From Octopus sinensis (lineage: Eukaryota): a stretch of 64,000 nucleotides of DNA. Positions within the stretch are counted from its first letter, which is position 1. Every line of letters begins with the position of its first letter. This document shows positions 60,982-64,000 of the stretch, one piece after another. Where the stretch lies: positions 9,114,001-9,178,000 of the forward strand of contig NC_043012.1 of assembly GCF_006345805.1 (NCBI RefSeq), in the 5' to 3' direction. The notes beneath the pieces were generated by a model. It worked only from the letters and a program-made list of their open reading frames with translations. It was not told the origin of the DNA and searched no databases. The position numbers and the translations under genes were made by a program.

Positions 60982-61224
60982 ATATATGTATATATGTATA
61001 TAAGTATATCTATATCTATATATATATATTTAAGTAGTTGAATGAATTATCCTAGTATGGATAATTCGGTTAACCGATACCTGGGTAGCAAATTCACGTC
61101 AGAAAACACGGTTGAAGCTACATGCCAAGAGCAGAGATCACGTGCTTTCGTGTGGTAATTTGTGTGTTTTTTTACTATAAATAAATGAAAGAATGAAGTC
61201 GAACGACGATTTAACAAAATTCCT

Positions 61225-61314
61225 TTATTCTCGACATATGTTTCGAAGACTGCATATTCTTTATTCCGAAGGCATAAGGAGTGCATTATGCCGCCTTCTC
61301 ACCAGGAAAGACAA
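61225..61314 (-). ncRNA. Hammerhead-like motif downstream of a Penelope-like endonuclease
   Basis: Minus CTGGTGA GAAG..(long stem II with GGCATAA/TTATGCC)..CTTC GAAAC ATAT GTC GAGAATAA. Core has an A6G change. Confidence 0.55.
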
Positions 61315-61886
61315 GGAACTTATGTCAGCATCATGACGAACAAAAACGTTTAGATGACTGCCCACACGGAGTCCATAGTGATAATGAGTGCTTCTTTAAA
61401 ATATTCCGTTATAAGCAGTGACGTCAAAATTGGTTGAATGGAGAAGATTCTATAAAGTTCAAGAGTTCAAAAAAGGTTGGAAGGGGAGAGATCTAAGATT
61501 AGGAAGGTGACAGGGTGCAAGTCGTATGTATGGTGATGTGTTGTTGTTTGCTTATGCTAATGAGATTGAGTGCCTATGTGTGTGTATGTATATAACTGCA
61601 TTCGTGTCTATGTGTGTGTATGTGTGTGCGTGATTGTGTGTGTGGGGGGATAGATGCCAAATACAACTAGTGGTAAAGTGACAGGTTTGTGTCTGTGTGT
61701 TTGATTGTGCTTACGATAGAGAGAGGGAGAGAGGGAGAGGGGGAGAGGTAGAGAGACAAAGGCAAAACATACCCCAACGAATTTGGTAGTAGTCCTTCAT
61801 GAAACGGAGTATAAAAATTTGTCTATGGTGGTGTTGTAGAATTGGAACCAAATTATTAAATTCAAGGAAGTTATCTATATTAATCA

Positions 61887-62261
61887 TCATTCAAATGAGT
61901 GGAAGGTGTGTTTCTGCCAGTGCATGCACCTATAGGATTTTTCTACCATTGTGCTTACCAAAGGGAATTTGGCGAAAAGTATATGGAAAAGTTCGGAATT
62001 ACAGACGCCACAAAATTTTCTGCCCTTATCAAACGGAAAGGATACAGACAATGTGGACCATTCCAGCTTGAAAGTTATATTGCTGTCCTTAAGGCACCAA
62101 ACTAATTTACTTAGTCCTGTGCTTTGTTGTTTTCTCTTATCTCGGAAAGTTGAATAATGATTGGAAATTCTCTAGGATAATTTAGATGTAGTCGCCCCAA
62201 TGTAGAAGAAGACACCGGTACCAGAAGAAATGTTACACTGGTAAATGGAATTGCTGGACAA
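61887..62261 (-). pseudogene. Penelope-like GIY-YIG endonuclease (Cys-rich, Hydra-clade-like), one stop
   Basis: SIYQC..FYIGATTSKLS*RISNHYSTF..STGLSKLVWCLKD..LEW..CGVCNSELFHI..RCMHWQK..* (125 codons). Confidence 0.85.
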
Positions 62262-62518
62262 GAACTTTAATCTGTTAGGGTTTACCTCCGAGACTAAGAC
62301 GGAGTGGAGTCAGGAAATGTTGATACAGCTGGAAGATCCAATCGAAACAGGGGATAGGAAATGATAAGATTGAAAAACGCTATTATAGATTGTGCCTAAC
62401 TAAAAACGATCACAGCCACATCATCGAAACAGACCAGATGGAACCGGGCTTAGCTACTAGTGTTCTATAAATTCCACAGTCTTGGTTTTGTTGTCTCATA
62501 TTATTTAACCTATATATA

Positions 62519-62576
<58 letters not shown>

Positions 62577-62579
<3 letters not shown>

Positions 62580-62787
62580 TAGTTAGTTAGTTAGTTAGTT
62601 AATTTGGCTCAAAAGCAAATAGCAAGGCCATGTAGGGGGACATGGAGTTAAGTACAGGGTGGTGTTCATGTAAAGAGTTCAGGCCACTTGAAGTCAAGGA
62701 AGGCTTTGAACAAAGCGGTCGTCGGCATCTTCACCATCTCGTCTGCCAGCTTGTTCCACGGATCCGCAACCCGGACGGGGAAAGCTA
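62577..62787 (-). mobile_element. 3' end of a CR1 LINE with (TAAC)n tail
   Basis: AFPVRVADPWNKLADEMVKMPTTALFKAFLDFKWPELFT*, short UTR, then (TAAC)n (plus GTTA repeats at 62577-62601). Confidence 0.85.
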
Positions 62788-62967
62788 TACATATACACAC
62801 GGTGGACCGCTGAAATCTACAAGTTTTTCTCATTCTCTCTCTGTTTATTCGGAGTCCGGGCTCGAAACGTAAAAGACTTATTCATTTTTGCCAAACGTTA
62901 AACTAATACACTTGTTTGTTGTTCATACACCTGTCTCTGTCTTTTGTTTATCTGTAAATTTCAACTA

Positions 62968-62968
62968 C

Positions 62969-63048
<80 letters not shown>

Positions 63049-63078
63049 GTCTATCTGTCTATCTGTCTATCTACCTAC

Positions 63079-63144
<66 letters not shown>

Positions 63145-63164
63145 GTCTATCTATCTATCTATCT

Positions 63165-63219
<55 letters not shown>

Positions 63220-63249
63220 GTCTATCTGTCTATCTGTCTATCTACCTAC

Positions 63250-63315
<66 letters not shown>

Positions 63316-63345
63316 GTCTATCTATCTATCTATCTATCTATCTAT

Positions 63346-63400
<55 letters not shown>
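62968..63400. repeat. (TATC)n/(TGTC) then (TC)n/(TA)n microsatellite
   Basis: Directly visible. Confidence 0.97.
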
Positions 63401-63401
<1 letters not shown>

Positions 63402-63919
63402 CATGCATATGCAGAAATGTTATTACTAGTACTTATATGAAATAACATATGTACACAATCAATATATACACGCACGCTCTTTTGTATAGACACACTTATA
63501 CACACTTATACGTCTATATATATATATATATATGTATATATATACTTCGAGAAGCGTCTTACGTAGATGCATTTTCTATATTTTGACTTGTACACATTTA
63601 AACGTCTTCACACTGTCTATGCAGAATCATTTGCTTATTTAGACATATGTGCGTTAATTATTTATTCATTTAACTCATTGTTACACGCACACGTTATACA
63701 GATTCACTTGTATTGAAGCACATACACGTACAAGGTGTCTGTTCATTAATCTTATCAGCTGATTGTGTCAGTAAATAAATAATGATATATTTAAAGCATT
63801 TGTAGTGAAATATAAATATACAGCAACAGAAAACCAAACCTGAACTGTAGCACTGAGAAGTCATAAGAGAATACAGTTCAACATAGGATGAAGCCGATGG
63901 TTGATATTGAATGGTGGAA

Positions 63920-64000
63920 GCACTCCGTCGGTTACGACGATGAGGGTTCCGGTTGATCCGAATCAACGGAACAGCCTGCTCGTGAAATTAACGTGTAAGT
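63920..64000 (-). mobile_element. SINE tail (same tail as 31901-32226), running off the window edge
   Basis: GCACTCCGTCGGTTACGACGA..GATCCGAATCAACGGAACAGCCTGCTCG.GAAATTAAC is the reverse complement of 32150-32226. Confidence 0.85.

Noticed and set aside
62836-62880. Hammerhead 3' half GAGTCCGGGCTCGAAACGTA
   Set aside because: No recognisable CUGAnGA core upstream in this copy.

Overview
AT-rich, microsatellite-dense eukaryotic DNA made almost entirely of repeats. The SINE families and microsatellite load fit an octopus or other coleoid cephalopod (inferred from recalled family sequences, not verified by search). No intact host protein-coding gene can be identified, and nearly all long ORFs in the supplied track are translations of microsatellites. 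Main content, left to right: the 3' end of a Tx1/L1-like LINE; a decayed LINE interrupted by SINEs; a full-length frameshifted mariner (13004-14319); a Gypsy LTR element with gag-protease-integrase (Gmr1-like) order, tRNA-Pro PBS, ATAT target duplication and a hairpin-rich tandem array in its LTRs (23544-28497); an R4/Dong-like RLE fragment between (TAA)n arrays; a Chapaev/CMC-like transposase pseudogene followed by a Helitron-bounded segment holding a 3.4-kb fold-back with a hammerhead ribozyme motif in each arm (45.8-52.3 kb); three Penelope-like GIY-YIG relics; further hammerhead-like motifs; MITEs; and about 20 tRNA-derived SINE copies of four locally named head types (A-D). A few possible host exons are listed at low confidence. 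There is a 100-N gap at 33000-33099.
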